From the NCBI GenBank assembly GCA_024743095.1, contig JANSXF010000018.1:497-64496 (forward strand): DNA of 64,000 nucleotides, given 5' to 3'. Shown here piece by piece: positions 20,088-28,999 of this stretch (its first letter is position 1; each line of letters starts with the position of its first letter). Source of the stretch: Flavobacteriaceae bacterium (lineage in GTDB: Bacteria; Bacteroidota; Bacteroidia; Flavobacteriales; Flavobacteriaceae). The position numbers were made by a program, and so were the translations under genes. Under the pieces are notes generated by a model, which did no database searches, was not told where the DNA came from, and saw only the letters and a program-made list of their open reading frames with translations.

Positions 20088-21242
20088 ATGAAAGACAACC
20101 GTAGAAGTTTTATAAAGAAAAGTACTGCACTTGCTGCAGGGACTTCCCTGATAGGCCTAACGGCTGCGTGTAAAGAAATATCCGAAAAGGATGAGAAAGT
20201 TGCACAAAAGGAAGATGAAAAAATAGAAAGGGAATGGCCCATTAAAGAAAATAATGGAAGACCGAAAATTTGTGTAGGTACCTCGAGAAACTCGGATAGG
20301 GATACCATGAGAAAAATCAAGCAAATAGGTGTTGACTATGTTTTGATGGGCGGACCTCCCATTCCTTGGACAGTAGAAAGTCTAAGGGAAATAATGGACG
20401 CTTTTAAAGAAGAAGGGCTTACTGTTATAAATATGATGATAGGGGGGCATCCCAATACAATTTATGGCAGGGAAGGAAGGGATGATGAGATTGAAAAAAT
20501 AAAACAATCCCTAATAGCGGCAGGTGAAGCGGATCTTCCGGTAGTTGAGTATAATTTCTATGCCCACAGATTGATGGAAGGATACTATGAAAAGTTAGGT
20601 AGGGGAGGTGCAGGCCACACTGCATTTGATTACGAACCAGTAAAAGACCTTCCAGCAGATGCAGAAAGAGGGGAGCATCGTGCAGAGGATTTGTGGAAAA
20701 ACCTCACTTATTTTCTTAATGAAGTGATTCCGGTTGCAGAGAAAGCAGGGGTTCGAATGGCTTTACATCCTAATGACCCTCCTATCCCTGTAAGTCATGG
20801 TTCGGACCAAATTATGGCTACATTGGAAGATTGGAAAAGACTAATAGAACTAGTGGACAGTCCATCAAATGGTATCACATTTGATTGCGGAGTCACCCGT
20901 GAATTAGGGGAAGACCCACTGGAAGTTCTTCAATATTTCGGATCTAGGGATCGCATAAACCATATGCATTACCGGAATGTGATCTCCGATAAACCTTATG
21001 TGAAATACAGCGAGGTATTCTTGGATGAGGGCCAAGTAAATATGTATGCCGTTATGCGGGATATAATAGGATTGGGATATACCCACGGTATTTACCCGGA
21101 GCATCCCAGAGCTTTAGATTATGACAAAGAACACCCAGAAGGGATAAGAAATCAATATCCCGGAGGTGGTGGATATACGGGTATGACCTACAATATAGGT
21201 TTTACCAGAGCGATGGAATTGGCTGTATTGTCATCAAAATGA
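20088..21242 (+). CDS. UxuA-family (mannonate dehydratase-like, xylose-isomerase-like TIM barrel) protein with a twin-arginine leader; divergent paralog 1
   Basis: N-terminus MKDNRRSFIKKSTALAAGTSLIGLTAAC (Tat motif RRxFxK, h-region, possible lipobox Cys). The body aligns by eye with E. coli UxuA, for example FLNEVIPVAEKAGVRMALHPNDPP versus [24 protein letters not shown], and EGQVNMYAVM versus NGDVDMYEVV. Confidence 0.8.
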   Translation: MKDNRRSFIKKSTALAAGTSLIGLTAACKEISEKDEKVAQKEDEKIEREWPIKENNGRPKICVGTSRNSDRDTMRKIKQIGVDYVLMGGPPIPWTVESLREIMDAFKEEGLTVINMMIGGHPNTIYGREGRDDEIEKIKQSLIAAGEADLPVVEYNFYAHRLMEGYYEKLGRGGAGHTAFDYEPVKDLPADAERGEHRAEDLWKNLTYFLNEVIPVAEKAGVRMALHPNDPPIPVSHGSDQIMATLEDWKRLIELVDSPSNGITFDCGVTRELGEDPLEVLQYFGSRDRINHMHYRNVISDKPYVKYSEVFLDEGQVNMYAVMRDIIGLGYTHGIYPEHPRALDYDKEHPEGIRNQYPGGGGYTGMTYNIGFTRAMELAVLSSK

Positions 21243-21276
21243 TTAAGAAGCAGCAACACACAAAAATCACAAAGCG

Positions 21277-22401
21277 ATGAAAGACAATAGAAGAAGTTTT
21301 ATAAAAAAAAGTGCGACAATGGCCACGGCATTCTCAATGGGTGGGGTAGGCATTTCTATGGCAGGTACGTCTAAGAAAAGCAACAAATCAGCTTATATCA
21401 GGGATGCAGGAATGAAGTTTGCTTTAGCGATGAGACCAGATTCCCCACGTGTACCGTATGCCAAACAAATGGATGTTATGCACGCTGTATCCGGTATTGT
21501 CAGAGACAAGGATTTAAAACCTTGGGAACCCAAGGCCATACTCGCGACAAAGGAAGCATGGGACAAACTTGGCATAAAATGGACGGTTGTGGAAGGCCCT
21601 CCATCTTTGGGGTCTGAGACCAAACTGGCCTTAAAGGGAAGGGATGAAGAAATAGACAACTTTATAACGTTCATGAAAAACCTTAAACAGTATGGAAATG
21701 TCGATACTATCTGTTACAACTGGATGCCGGTAATAAGTTGGGCCAGAACTGATAAAAATACTAAAGCTAGGGGCGGGGCAATCGTGTCGTCTTTTGATTA
21801 CGAAGATATAAAGGATGCTGAGTATACCGAATATGGAGAGGTTACAAAAGATGAACTATGGAAAAATCTTGAATACTTTCTTAAAGCAGTTGTGCCGGAA
21901 GCAGAAAAGATAGGAATGAACCTGTCCCTTCATCCGGACGATCCACAAGTACACAGTATTAAAGGCATATCAAGAATCATGAATACGGTAGAAAACTTTG
22001 ATAGAATGTTAGAGCTGTACCCCAGTAAATATAGTGGATTGACTATGTGCCAAGGTAATTTTTCACTAATGGGGGTCAATATTCCAGACTTGATTAGGAG
22101 ATGGGGCAAAAAAGGAGCGATCAATTTCGTTCACTTTAGAAATATTCAAGAACTCAGTGGACAACTTCCAAGTACAAAGTTCACAGAAACCTTCCATGAT
22201 GAAGGTGATATTGATATGTATGAAGCTATGAAAGCATATTATGATATAGGGTTTAAGGGAACTATTAGACCAGATCACGTAGCAACACTTTATGGTGAAA
22301 CTAACGAACATCAAGGATATATGACATTGGGCGCATTATATGCGATGGGATATATACGCGGCCTTGCAGAATCAGTTTCTAAGAATACAATGAATGGTTA
22401 A
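21277..22401 (+). CDS. UxuA-family mannonate dehydratase-like protein with a twin-arginine leader; paralog 2
   Basis: N-terminus MKDNRRSFIKKSATMATAFSMGGVGISMAG. UxuA signatures CYNWMPVISWARTD (E. coli CYNFMPVLDWTRTD), LHPDDPQ, HDEGDIDMYEAM and IRPDH. Confidence 0.85.
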   Translation: MKDNRRSFIKKSATMATAFSMGGVGISMAGTSKKSNKSAYIRDAGMKFALAMRPDSPRVPYAKQMDVMHAVSGIVRDKDLKPWEPKAILATKEAWDKLGIKWTVVEGPPSLGSETKLALKGRDEEIDNFITFMKNLKQYGNVDTICYNWMPVISWARTDKNTKARGGAIVSSFDYEDIKDAEYTEYGEVTKDELWKNLEYFLKAVVPEAEKIGMNLSLHPDDPQVHSIKGISRIMNTVENFDRMLELYPSKYSGLTMCQGNFSLMGVNIPDLIRRWGKKGAINFVHFRNIQELSGQLPSTKFTETFHDEGDIDMYEAMKAYYDIGFKGTIRPDHVATLYGETNEHQGYMTLGALYAMGYIRGLAESVSKNTMNG

Positions 22402-22414
22402 TTAAGATATAGAG

Positions 22415-23581
22415 ATGAAAGAAAATCGTAGAGACTTTATAAAGAAAAGCGCCTCAATGGCAGCAATGGCTTCTATTGGAGGAGTAATGTATTCTTGTTC
22501 TGATAGTCAGGTCAAAAAAACAATTACTCAAACTGCAAAACTGAATGAACTTTCAAAAGATGCAGGTATAGAAATGAGTAATGCTTTCTTCTGGGGAATG
22601 AAAGATCATGCTTATTTAATAGAATTGGCAAAACAGATGGGTGCCTATGGCGCTGTTGCGGGGATTGACAAACGACTCTTTAAAGATTCAGAGGGAAAGC
22701 CTTGGGCATATGAATCCATTAAAAATGTGGTGGATGCATGGAAATCCGTAGGTCTTAACTACAATGTGGTCGAAGGGCCTCCCTCGCTGTATAATAAAAC
22801 AAAACTAGGTCTTGAAGGGAGGGATGAAGAAATTGAAAACTTTATCACTTTCATGAGTAATCTTAAAAGAGCAGGTGTCGATGTCATTTGTTACAATTGG
22901 ATGCCGGTAATAAGTTGGGCCAGAACCGATATGGCAAAACCTGGCAGAGGAGGGGCATTGATGACAGCATTCGATTATGACGAGGTAAAGGATAAACCGA
23001 TAACTGAATATGGGGAGTTTACTAAAGAGGCGCTTTGGGATAACCTAGAGTATTTCTTAAAGGCAGTAGTGCCCGAAGCTGAACAAATTGGAATGAAGTT
23101 GGCATTACATCCTGATGACCCCCAGGTTCATAGTATACAGGGTATTCCTAGGATAATGAATACTATAGAAAACTTTGACCGAATGTTGGAAATTGTTCCC
23201 AGCGATTTTAATGGTATTACAATGTGTCAAGGCAATTTTTCTTTAATGGGTACAGATATTCCCAACTTAATTCGACGTTGGGGTAAGGCGGGTAAAATTC
23301 ATTTTGTTCATTTTAGAAACATTAAGGAACTCAGTGGGCAGCTTCCAAGTACCAAATTCACAGAAACTTTTCATGATGAAGGCGATATAGATATGTATGA
23401 GGCTATGAGGGCTTATTATGATATTGGCTTTAAAGGAGCAATGCGTCCAGATCATGTCCCAACAATGGCAGGTGAAGAAAATATAAGACCAGGTTATATG
23501 GATTTAGGGAATCTTTATGCCATTGGGTACATGCGAGGATTAGCTGAATCTGTCAGTAAGGAGAATAGAGAAATTACTTAG
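22415..23581 (+). CDS. UxuA-family mannonate dehydratase-like protein with a twin-arginine leader; paralog 3
   Basis: N-terminus MKENRRDFIKKSASMAAMASIGGVMYSC. It has the same UxuA signatures as paralog 2 and shares long identical runs with it (ELSGQLPSTKFTETFHDEGDIDMYEAM). Confidence 0.85.
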   Translation: MKENRRDFIKKSASMAAMASIGGVMYSCSDSQVKKTITQTAKLNELSKDAGIEMSNAFFWGMKDHAYLIELAKQMGAYGAVAGIDKRLFKDSEGKPWAYESIKNVVDAWKSVGLNYNVVEGPPSLYNKTKLGLEGRDEEIENFITFMSNLKRAGVDVICYNWMPVISWARTDMAKPGRGGALMTAFDYDEVKDKPITEYGEFTKEALWDNLEYFLKAVVPEAEQIGMKLALHPDDPQVHSIQGIPRIMNTIENFDRMLEIVPSDFNGITMCQGNFSLMGTDIPNLIRRWGKAGKIHFVHFRNIKELSGQLPSTKFTETFHDEGDIDMYEAMRAYYDIGFKGAMRPDHVPTMAGEENIRPGYMDLGNLYAIGYMRGLAESVSKENREIT

Positions 23582-23694
23582 ACCATACTGATAAATGATA
23601 ATCAAAAGATTAAAACATCGGAATAAAAACAAAATGAAGGAGTCCTATCCTTATTTCGGGAATGTTTTAGTATAAAACCAATAAGAACCATAAA

Positions 23695-25194
23695 ATGAAA
23701 TCAGTATTAAAAGAAATAATAGCAAAGAGCAAGAAGGAAGAAAGCACCTATAAATTAACTAGAGAGGCGGAAATCAATAGCCCAAAAACAACAGATGCCA
23801 GGCGCGATTTTTTGAAGAAAACGGCACTTGGCGGAATTGCGATGACCGGAATGGTGGGTCTTGGCATAGAGGAGACGGTGGCCCAGACGACATCAAAGGT
23901 GGGCAGGGCCTCAGCCCCTTCCGAGCTTAAGATCACCGATATGCGATATGCATTGACCAATGTAATGGGGGGGACTGCTATCATCAAAATAGAAACCAAT
24001 CAAGGTATCTATGGATTGGGAGAAGTTAGGGATGCGGCCGATGTGCGCTATGCGCTATTCCTTAAAAGTAGAATATTGGGAAAAAACCCTTGCAATGTTG
24101 AAAAAATATTCAAGAGCATAAAACAATTTGGGGGCCCGGCAAGACAAGCTGGAGGTGTATGCGCTGTAGAGATGGCATTATGGGACCTTTGTGGAAAAGC
24201 ATATAATGTTCCAGCTTGGCAATTATTGGGAGGAAGATATAGGGACAAAGTCAGGTTGTATGCCGACACGCCCCAGGCCGAAACAGCTGCCGAGCAAAAG
24301 AGACTGATCGACTATCGGATGAACGACCAGGGCTACACCTGGTTGAAGATGGATGTGGCCATCTCCTCCCTGCCCCCGAATTCGGGAACCTTGGTAAACG
24401 ATAAATTCTGGAGAAATGAACAAGGTCGTTTGGCACAATGGGGCGACCGCAGAAATTACATGTCTTATGGGAACACAATGCACCCCTTTACACAGATCCA
24501 GATTACCGAGAAAGGGCTCGATATGTTGGCCCAACGTGTTGCGGATGTAAGGGAAATGGTAGGTTGGGAAATCCCAATCTCTACCGATCATTATGGACAC
24601 TTTGACCTGAACAATGGAATCCGACTTGGAAAAGCATTGGACAAGTATAGATTGGCATGGTTGGAGGATATGGTGCCATGGCAGTACACTGAGCAGTGGA
24701 GAACTATCTCCGAAGCACTTGAAACACCGACCACAACAGGCGAGGATATCCATTTCCTGGAAAATTTCAAGCCTATCATACACAATAGGTCGGTGGATAT
24801 TGTTCATCCAGACTTAGCCTCATCAGGAGGTCTGTTGGAAACAAAAAGGATAGGGGATTATGCAGAGGAATTTGGAATGGGAATGGCCATGCACCAAGCT
24901 GGCACACCTGTATCTTTTATGGCCAATGTACATTGTGCGGCCGCAACGCAGAATTTCTTGGCTTTGGAGCACCACTCTGTAGATGTGCCATGGTGGGAAG
25001 ACTTGGTAACTACGGTCGGTGGTTTCAAGATGATCGATAAAGGATTTGCCACCGTGCCCCTTACCGCACCAGGATTAGGAATTGAGTTGAACGAGGAAGT
25101 GGTCAAGGGTCATTTGCATCCAAGTGACAAGAGCTTTTTTAAATCAACCAAGGAGTGGGATGAACTAAGGTCCCACGATAGAAGTTATAGTTAA
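23695..25194 (+). CDS. Enolase-superfamily protein (mandelate racemase / acid-sugar dehydratase type) with a twin-arginine leader (499 aa)
   Basis: A Tat motif DARRDFLKKTALGGIAMTGMVGLG follows a 35-aa n-region. The capping domain is LKITDMRY..IIKIETNQGIYGLGEV and AVEMALWDLCGKAYNVPAWQLLGG. The barrel shows acidic metal-ligand contexts (LWLKMD-like WLKMD, AWLED, GED..). Confidence 0.8.
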   Translation: MKSVLKEIIAKSKKEESTYKLTREAEINSPKTTDARRDFLKKTALGGIAMTGMVGLGIEETVAQTTSKVGRASAPSELKITDMRYALTNVMGGTAIIKIETNQGIYGLGEVRDAADVRYALFLKSRILGKNPCNVEKIFKSIKQFGGPARQAGGVCAVEMALWDLCGKAYNVPAWQLLGGRYRDKVRLYADTPQAETAAEQKRLIDYRMNDQGYTWLKMDVAISSLPPNSGTLVNDKFWRNEQGRLAQWGDRRNYMSYGNTMHPFTQIQITEKGLDMLAQRVADVREMVGWEIPISTDHYGHFDLNNGIRLGKALDKYRLAWLEDMVPWQYTEQWRTISEALETPTTTGEDIHFLENFKPIIHNRSVDIVHPDLASSGGLLETKRIGDYAEEFGMGMAMHQAGTPVSFMANVHCAAATQNFLALEHHSVDVPWWEDLVTTVGGFKMIDKGFATVPLTAPGLGIELNEEVVKGHLHPSDKSFFKSTKEWDELRSHDRSYS

Positions 25195-25222
25195 TTAATA
25201 GTAGTGGCTATTGTTTAGTTAA

Positions 25223-25257
25223 GGTAGTCCATGATAGAATACCCGTCATGGGCTACC
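25223..25257 (+). terminator. 12-bp stem hairpin (one G-U pair) after the enolase-family gene
   Basis: ggtagtccatga-N11-tcatgggctacc, read directly, about 30 nt after the stop at 25194. It has no strong T tract. Confidence 0.4.
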
Positions 25258-25292
25258 ATAAAACATTTGTTGAATCAATACAGAATTTAAAT

Positions 25293-26234
25293 ATGAAAAA
25301 ATCTAGCATGTTTTTGGTGTTATTTATTTGTTTAATGGGCCAATCGGGCATAAAGGCCCAAAAAGTGGGTTCATCGCCAGAATATATAAAGGCACTTACA
25401 CAAGAATGGGAGGGAGAACGTTTCAATGACGGAAGGCCCAAGGTTTCCGATGCACTATTGGAGCGCTTAAAAAAGATCAGGATCGAGGAGGCCTGGGGCT
25501 ATCTACGGGGCAAAGGGTATAACAACCAATATGAAGGTGGTTGGAAAATCATTCACCCGGAGGGAGTAATGACCGGTCGTATTGTCACGGCGCAATATAT
25601 GCCGCTCAGGCCAGATCTCGACCAATATATAAAGTTGCAGGGCGCCAAAGAAAAAAGGGATACCATAGGAGGGAGCAATTCCTGGCCTATTGAAATTTTG
25701 GTCAAAGGAGATGTTTATGTAGCGGATGGTTACGGAAGAATCATCGATGGAACACTGATCGGTTCCAATTTAGGGAATGCTATATATGCAAATTCCCAAA
25801 ATGGAGTTGTTTTTGACGGTGGCGTCAGGGATTTGGGAGGATTACTGGAAATTGAAGGGTTCAATGGATGGTACCGTGACGAAGATCCTTCTTACTTGCA
25901 AGAGCAAATGCTGACATCCATTAATGCCCCCATTCGCATAGGAAGGGCAACCGTACTGCCAGGTGATGTAGTTTTGGCCAATAGGCACGGAACTATTTTT
26001 ATACCATCCCACCATGTTGCGGAACTGGTAATTTCTTCGGAAGTAGTTGCTTTGAGGGATGAATTTGGGTTTCAGAGGTTACGGGAAAAAACGTATACCG
26101 CCGGTCAAATAGATACTAAATGGACTTCAGATATAAAATCGGATTTTATAGGCTGGTTGAAGGATTACCCGGATAGTAAACTACCCATGACCAGAAAAGA
26201 ACTGGACGCTCATTTAAAAAAGAAAGATTACTAA
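25293..26234 (+). CDS. RraA-family (RraA / HMG-CHA aldolase fold) protein with a Sec signal peptide
   Basis: Signal MKKSSMFLVLFICLMGQSGIKAQ. The core VKGDVYVADGYGRIIDGTLIGSNLGNAIYANSQNGVVFDGGVRD..VLPGDVVLANRHGTIFIP matches the RraA-like GDV..D..G..G..RD pattern. I set the start at ATG 25293. Confidence 0.65.
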   Translation: MKKSSMFLVLFICLMGQSGIKAQKVGSSPEYIKALTQEWEGERFNDGRPKVSDALLERLKKIRIEEAWGYLRGKGYNNQYEGGWKIIHPEGVMTGRIVTAQYMPLRPDLDQYIKLQGAKEKRDTIGGSNSWPIEILVKGDVYVADGYGRIIDGTLIGSNLGNAIYANSQNGVVFDGGVRDLGGLLEIEGFNGWYRDEDPSYLQEQMLTSINAPIRIGRATVLPGDVVLANRHGTIFIPSHHVAELVISSEVVALRDEFGFQRLREKTYTAGQIDTKWTSDIKSDFIGWLKDYPDSKLPMTRKELDAHLKKKDY

Positions 26235-26243
26235 TTTTTTAAT

Positions 26244-26687
26244 ATGAAGAAGTTGTTTTTACCCATCCTTCTGGTCAGTATTTCTGTTATGTCCTGTACC
26301 ACTTCAACAAAAGGTCAAAAACTAAATAAGGATATGGTACTGGATATTCTGGAACAATTTGATGGGGCCATTATAACAAGGGATGCTGAGGTTTTGTCAT
26401 CACTAGCATCTGAAGACTTGACTTACGGACATTCCAGTGGTAAAATACAGGACAAAGAAGAATTTGTCAATGATGTGGTGAACGGGCCCTTTCAATTTTT
26501 GTCCATTACCAATAGGGACCAACGAATCAAGGTTTCGGGCAATGTGGCGATCGTACGGCACATTTTATTGGCCGATGCGATGGACGATGGCATGCCCGCC
26601 CAAGTTCGGATCGGGGTGGTCATGGTCTTCCAACTTGGGGAGAGTGGTCGTATATCGCTACTTGCCCGTCAGGCCTTTAAGATATGA
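26244..26687 (+). CDS. SnoaL/NTF2-like (DUF4440-type) small lipoprotein (147 aa)
   Basis: Lipobox VMSC. Size and pattern (..AIITRDAEVLSSLASEDLTYGHSSG..) fit NTF2-fold proteins. Function is unknown. Confidence 0.55.
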   Translation: MKKLFLPILLVSISVMSCTTSTKGQKLNKDMVLDILEQFDGAIITRDAEVLSSLASEDLTYGHSSGKIQDKEEFVNDVVNGPFQFLSITNRDQRIKVSGNVAIVRHILLADAMDDGMPAQVRIGVVMVFQLGESGRISLLARQAFKI

Positions 26688-26712
26688 GCATGGACTTGAA
26701 GGATGGGAAAAG

Positions 26713-28983
26713 ATGATGGGGACCAATTATTGCCGTAATGGCGATCAGGGTGGCCGGACCCAGGTACTTCTCCTGTTCCTGACCATTTCCCATGTGTTTT
26801 TGGTAGGTTGTACCGGCAAGGACAGGGTTTACCGGGACAATGGGGGGGACCATTTGGTGACGGGCAAGGATTGGCCTGTTTATGGTGGGAGTAGAAAATC
26901 AAAAAGATACTCCCCGTTGACAGGGATCGGCAAGGAAAATGTAAGTGACCTGGAGGTGGCCTGGGTATATGATGCAAGGGACCGGGTCGAGGGGTCCGGA
27001 GGTTCAAAACCCAAGGCCATCCAGTGCCAGCCGATCGTGAAGGATGGGATTTTGTACGGTACAACACCGGAATTGCAATTGTTCGCCCTTCGTGCGGCAA
27101 CGGGGGAGGAGCTCTGGCGGTTCAAGCCGGTCCAAGACCCCCGTAAATACAATATTAGTGCAAGTAGGGGAGTCACCTATTGGCAGAATGGCGATGATTG
27201 TCGAATTCTTTACACATCGGGCACATACCTATATGCAGTTAACGCAAAAACAGGTGAGCCCATCCCTAGTTTTGGGGAGTCGGGCAGGGTGGATCTCCAC
27301 GAAGGCCTGGACGATGGACTGGATATGGATATGGCGCATGTCGGCATCAATGCGACAAGTCCGGGAATTGTCTATAGGGATATATTCATCATCGGTTCCA
27401 GCGTTTCGGAGAAAGGGGATGCCCCGCCGGGAAACATCCGGGCGTTCGATACCAGGACGGGGAAGTTAAAATGGGTCTTCCATACCGTACCGCACCCGGG
27501 CGAGGAAGGATATGGTACCTGGCCCAAGGATGCCTATAAGGAGCATGGGGGCGTCAATAGCTGGGGCGGCATGTCATTGGATGTGGAAAGGGGCATGGTA
27601 TTTTTTGGCACCGGATCACCGTCCTCGGATTTCTATGGGGGCAACCGTAAAGGAAGAAACCTGTTTGCCAATTGCGTGGTGGCCCTGGATGCCGAAACGG
27701 GGGAGCTGGAATGGTATTTCCAGACCATACGTCACGACCTATGGGACCGGGATTTTCCTTGTGCCCCAAACCTCGCTACCATTACTGTAGATGGGAAGGA
27801 GAGGGACGTTGTGGTACAGGCTGGTAAAGACGGATATGTATATGTGCTGGATAGGGACAATGGCAAGTCAATTTTTCCAATTGAGGAGCATAAGGTCCCT
27901 ACAAAGAATGGTCTTCCGGGAGAACAGCCCTACCCTACTCAAATTTTTCCCACAAAACCTGAACCGTTGTCACATCAATTTTTTCAGGAAGACATGATAA
28001 CGGACTTGACACCTGAATCTTGGGCTTATGTTAAAGGAATAGCTGATAAATATGAAATTGGAAACAAGTATGGTCTACCCAGTGAAAAGGGTACGTTGAT
28101 GTTCGGATATAGCGGGGGTGCGGAATGGGGTGGCAATGCCACGGACCTGGATGGGATTTTCTATCAAAATTCCAACAACGACCCTTGGATATTGGAGATG
28201 GAGGATGTGGAATCCAGAAACAAAAAGATGCAAAATGTACAGACTGGGGCCGATATCTATAGGATAAATTGTGCCATGTGTCATGGCGATGACAAAAAGG
28301 GAACAACAGAATTTCCAAGCTTGGTCAATATTGGGGATAGATTTTCTGCCCCAAATATCATATCGATTCTTGAGTCTGGTGTGGGCCGGATGCCAGCCTT
28401 TCAACACCTTTCAGAAAGCAACAGAAAAGCCGTTACGGCTTTTCTGCTGGACTTACCATCTGGAATGCATCCTAAAATGGCAAGTAATTCTAATAAGCCT
28501 GAAACAGATGAAAGGGACGATGTGCCAACATTTGGCTATGAGCCTCGATATGTTCCGAAGGTTTGGAAAAAATTGGTGGATCAAAATGGCTACCCGGGGA
28601 TCAAACCACCGTGGGGGACATTAAATGCTATTGACCTCAATACTGGGGAGTATCTCTGGAAAGTTCCTTTGGGTGAATATCCTGAGTTAACAAAAAAAGG
28701 TGTGCCCATAACTGGAACAGAAAGTTATGGAGGGCCTATTGTAACTGCTAGTGGGCTTCTGTTTATTGCAGGAACAAAGGATGAAAAAATCAGGGCTTTT
28801 GATAAAAAAACGGGAAAGGTACTATGGGAGTACCAATTGCCGGCCGGTGGCTTTGCCACACCTATTACCTATGAAGTGGATAACAAGCAATATGTGGTCA
28901 TTGCTGCAGGTGGGGGAAGAGGACAAAAATCAGGAGGATATTATATAGCGTTTACTTTACAGGAAAGCACAAAGAATAATTAA
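26713..28983 (+). CDS. PQQ-dependent dehydrogenase-like beta-propeller lipoprotein with an inserted mono-haem cytochrome c module (756 aa)
   Basis: Lipobox FLVGC. Propeller repeats include DGILYGTTPE.., YLYAVNAKTGEPI, IRAFDTRTGKLKWVF, VALDAETGELEWYF, GYVYVLDRDNGKSIF and IRAFDKKTGKVLWEY. CAMCH (CxxCH) lies at 28270-28284 and is followed by GVGRMPAF. More propeller sequence follows the haem module. I set the start at ATG 26713. Confidence 0.8.
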   Translation: MMGTNYCRNGDQGGRTQVLLLFLTISHVFLVGCTGKDRVYRDNGGDHLVTGKDWPVYGGSRKSKRYSPLTGIGKENVSDLEVAWVYDARDRVEGSGGSKPKAIQCQPIVKDGILYGTTPELQLFALRAATGEELWRFKPVQDPRKYNISASRGVTYWQNGDDCRILYTSGTYLYAVNAKTGEPIPSFGESGRVDLHEGLDDGLDMDMAHVGINATSPGIVYRDIFIIGSSVSEKGDAPPGNIRAFDTRTGKLKWVFHTVPHPGEEGYGTWPKDAYKEHGGVNSWGGMSLDVERGMVFFGTGSPSSDFYGGNRKGRNLFANCVVALDAETGELEWYFQTIRHDLWDRDFPCAPNLATITVDGKERDVVVQAGKDGYVYVLDRDNGKSIFPIEEHKVPTKNGLPGEQPYPTQIFPTKPEPLSHQFFQEDMITDLTPESWAYVKGIADKYEIGNKYGLPSEKGTLMFGYSGGAEWGGNATDLDGIFYQNSNNDPWILEMEDVESRNKKMQNVQTGADIYRINCAMCHGDDKKGTTEFPSLVNIGDRFSAPNIISILESGVGRMPAFQHLSESNRKAVTAFLLDLPSGMHPKMASNSNKPETDERDDVPTFGYEPRYVPKVWKKLVDQNGYPGIKPPWGTLNAIDLNTGEYLWKVPLGEYPELTKKGVPITGTESYGGPIVTASGLLFIAGTKDEKIRAFDKKTGKVLWEYQLPAGGFATPITYEVDNKQYVVIAAGGGRGQKSGGYYIAFTLQESTKNN

Positions 28984-28999
28984 CCATAAAACAAGAATT

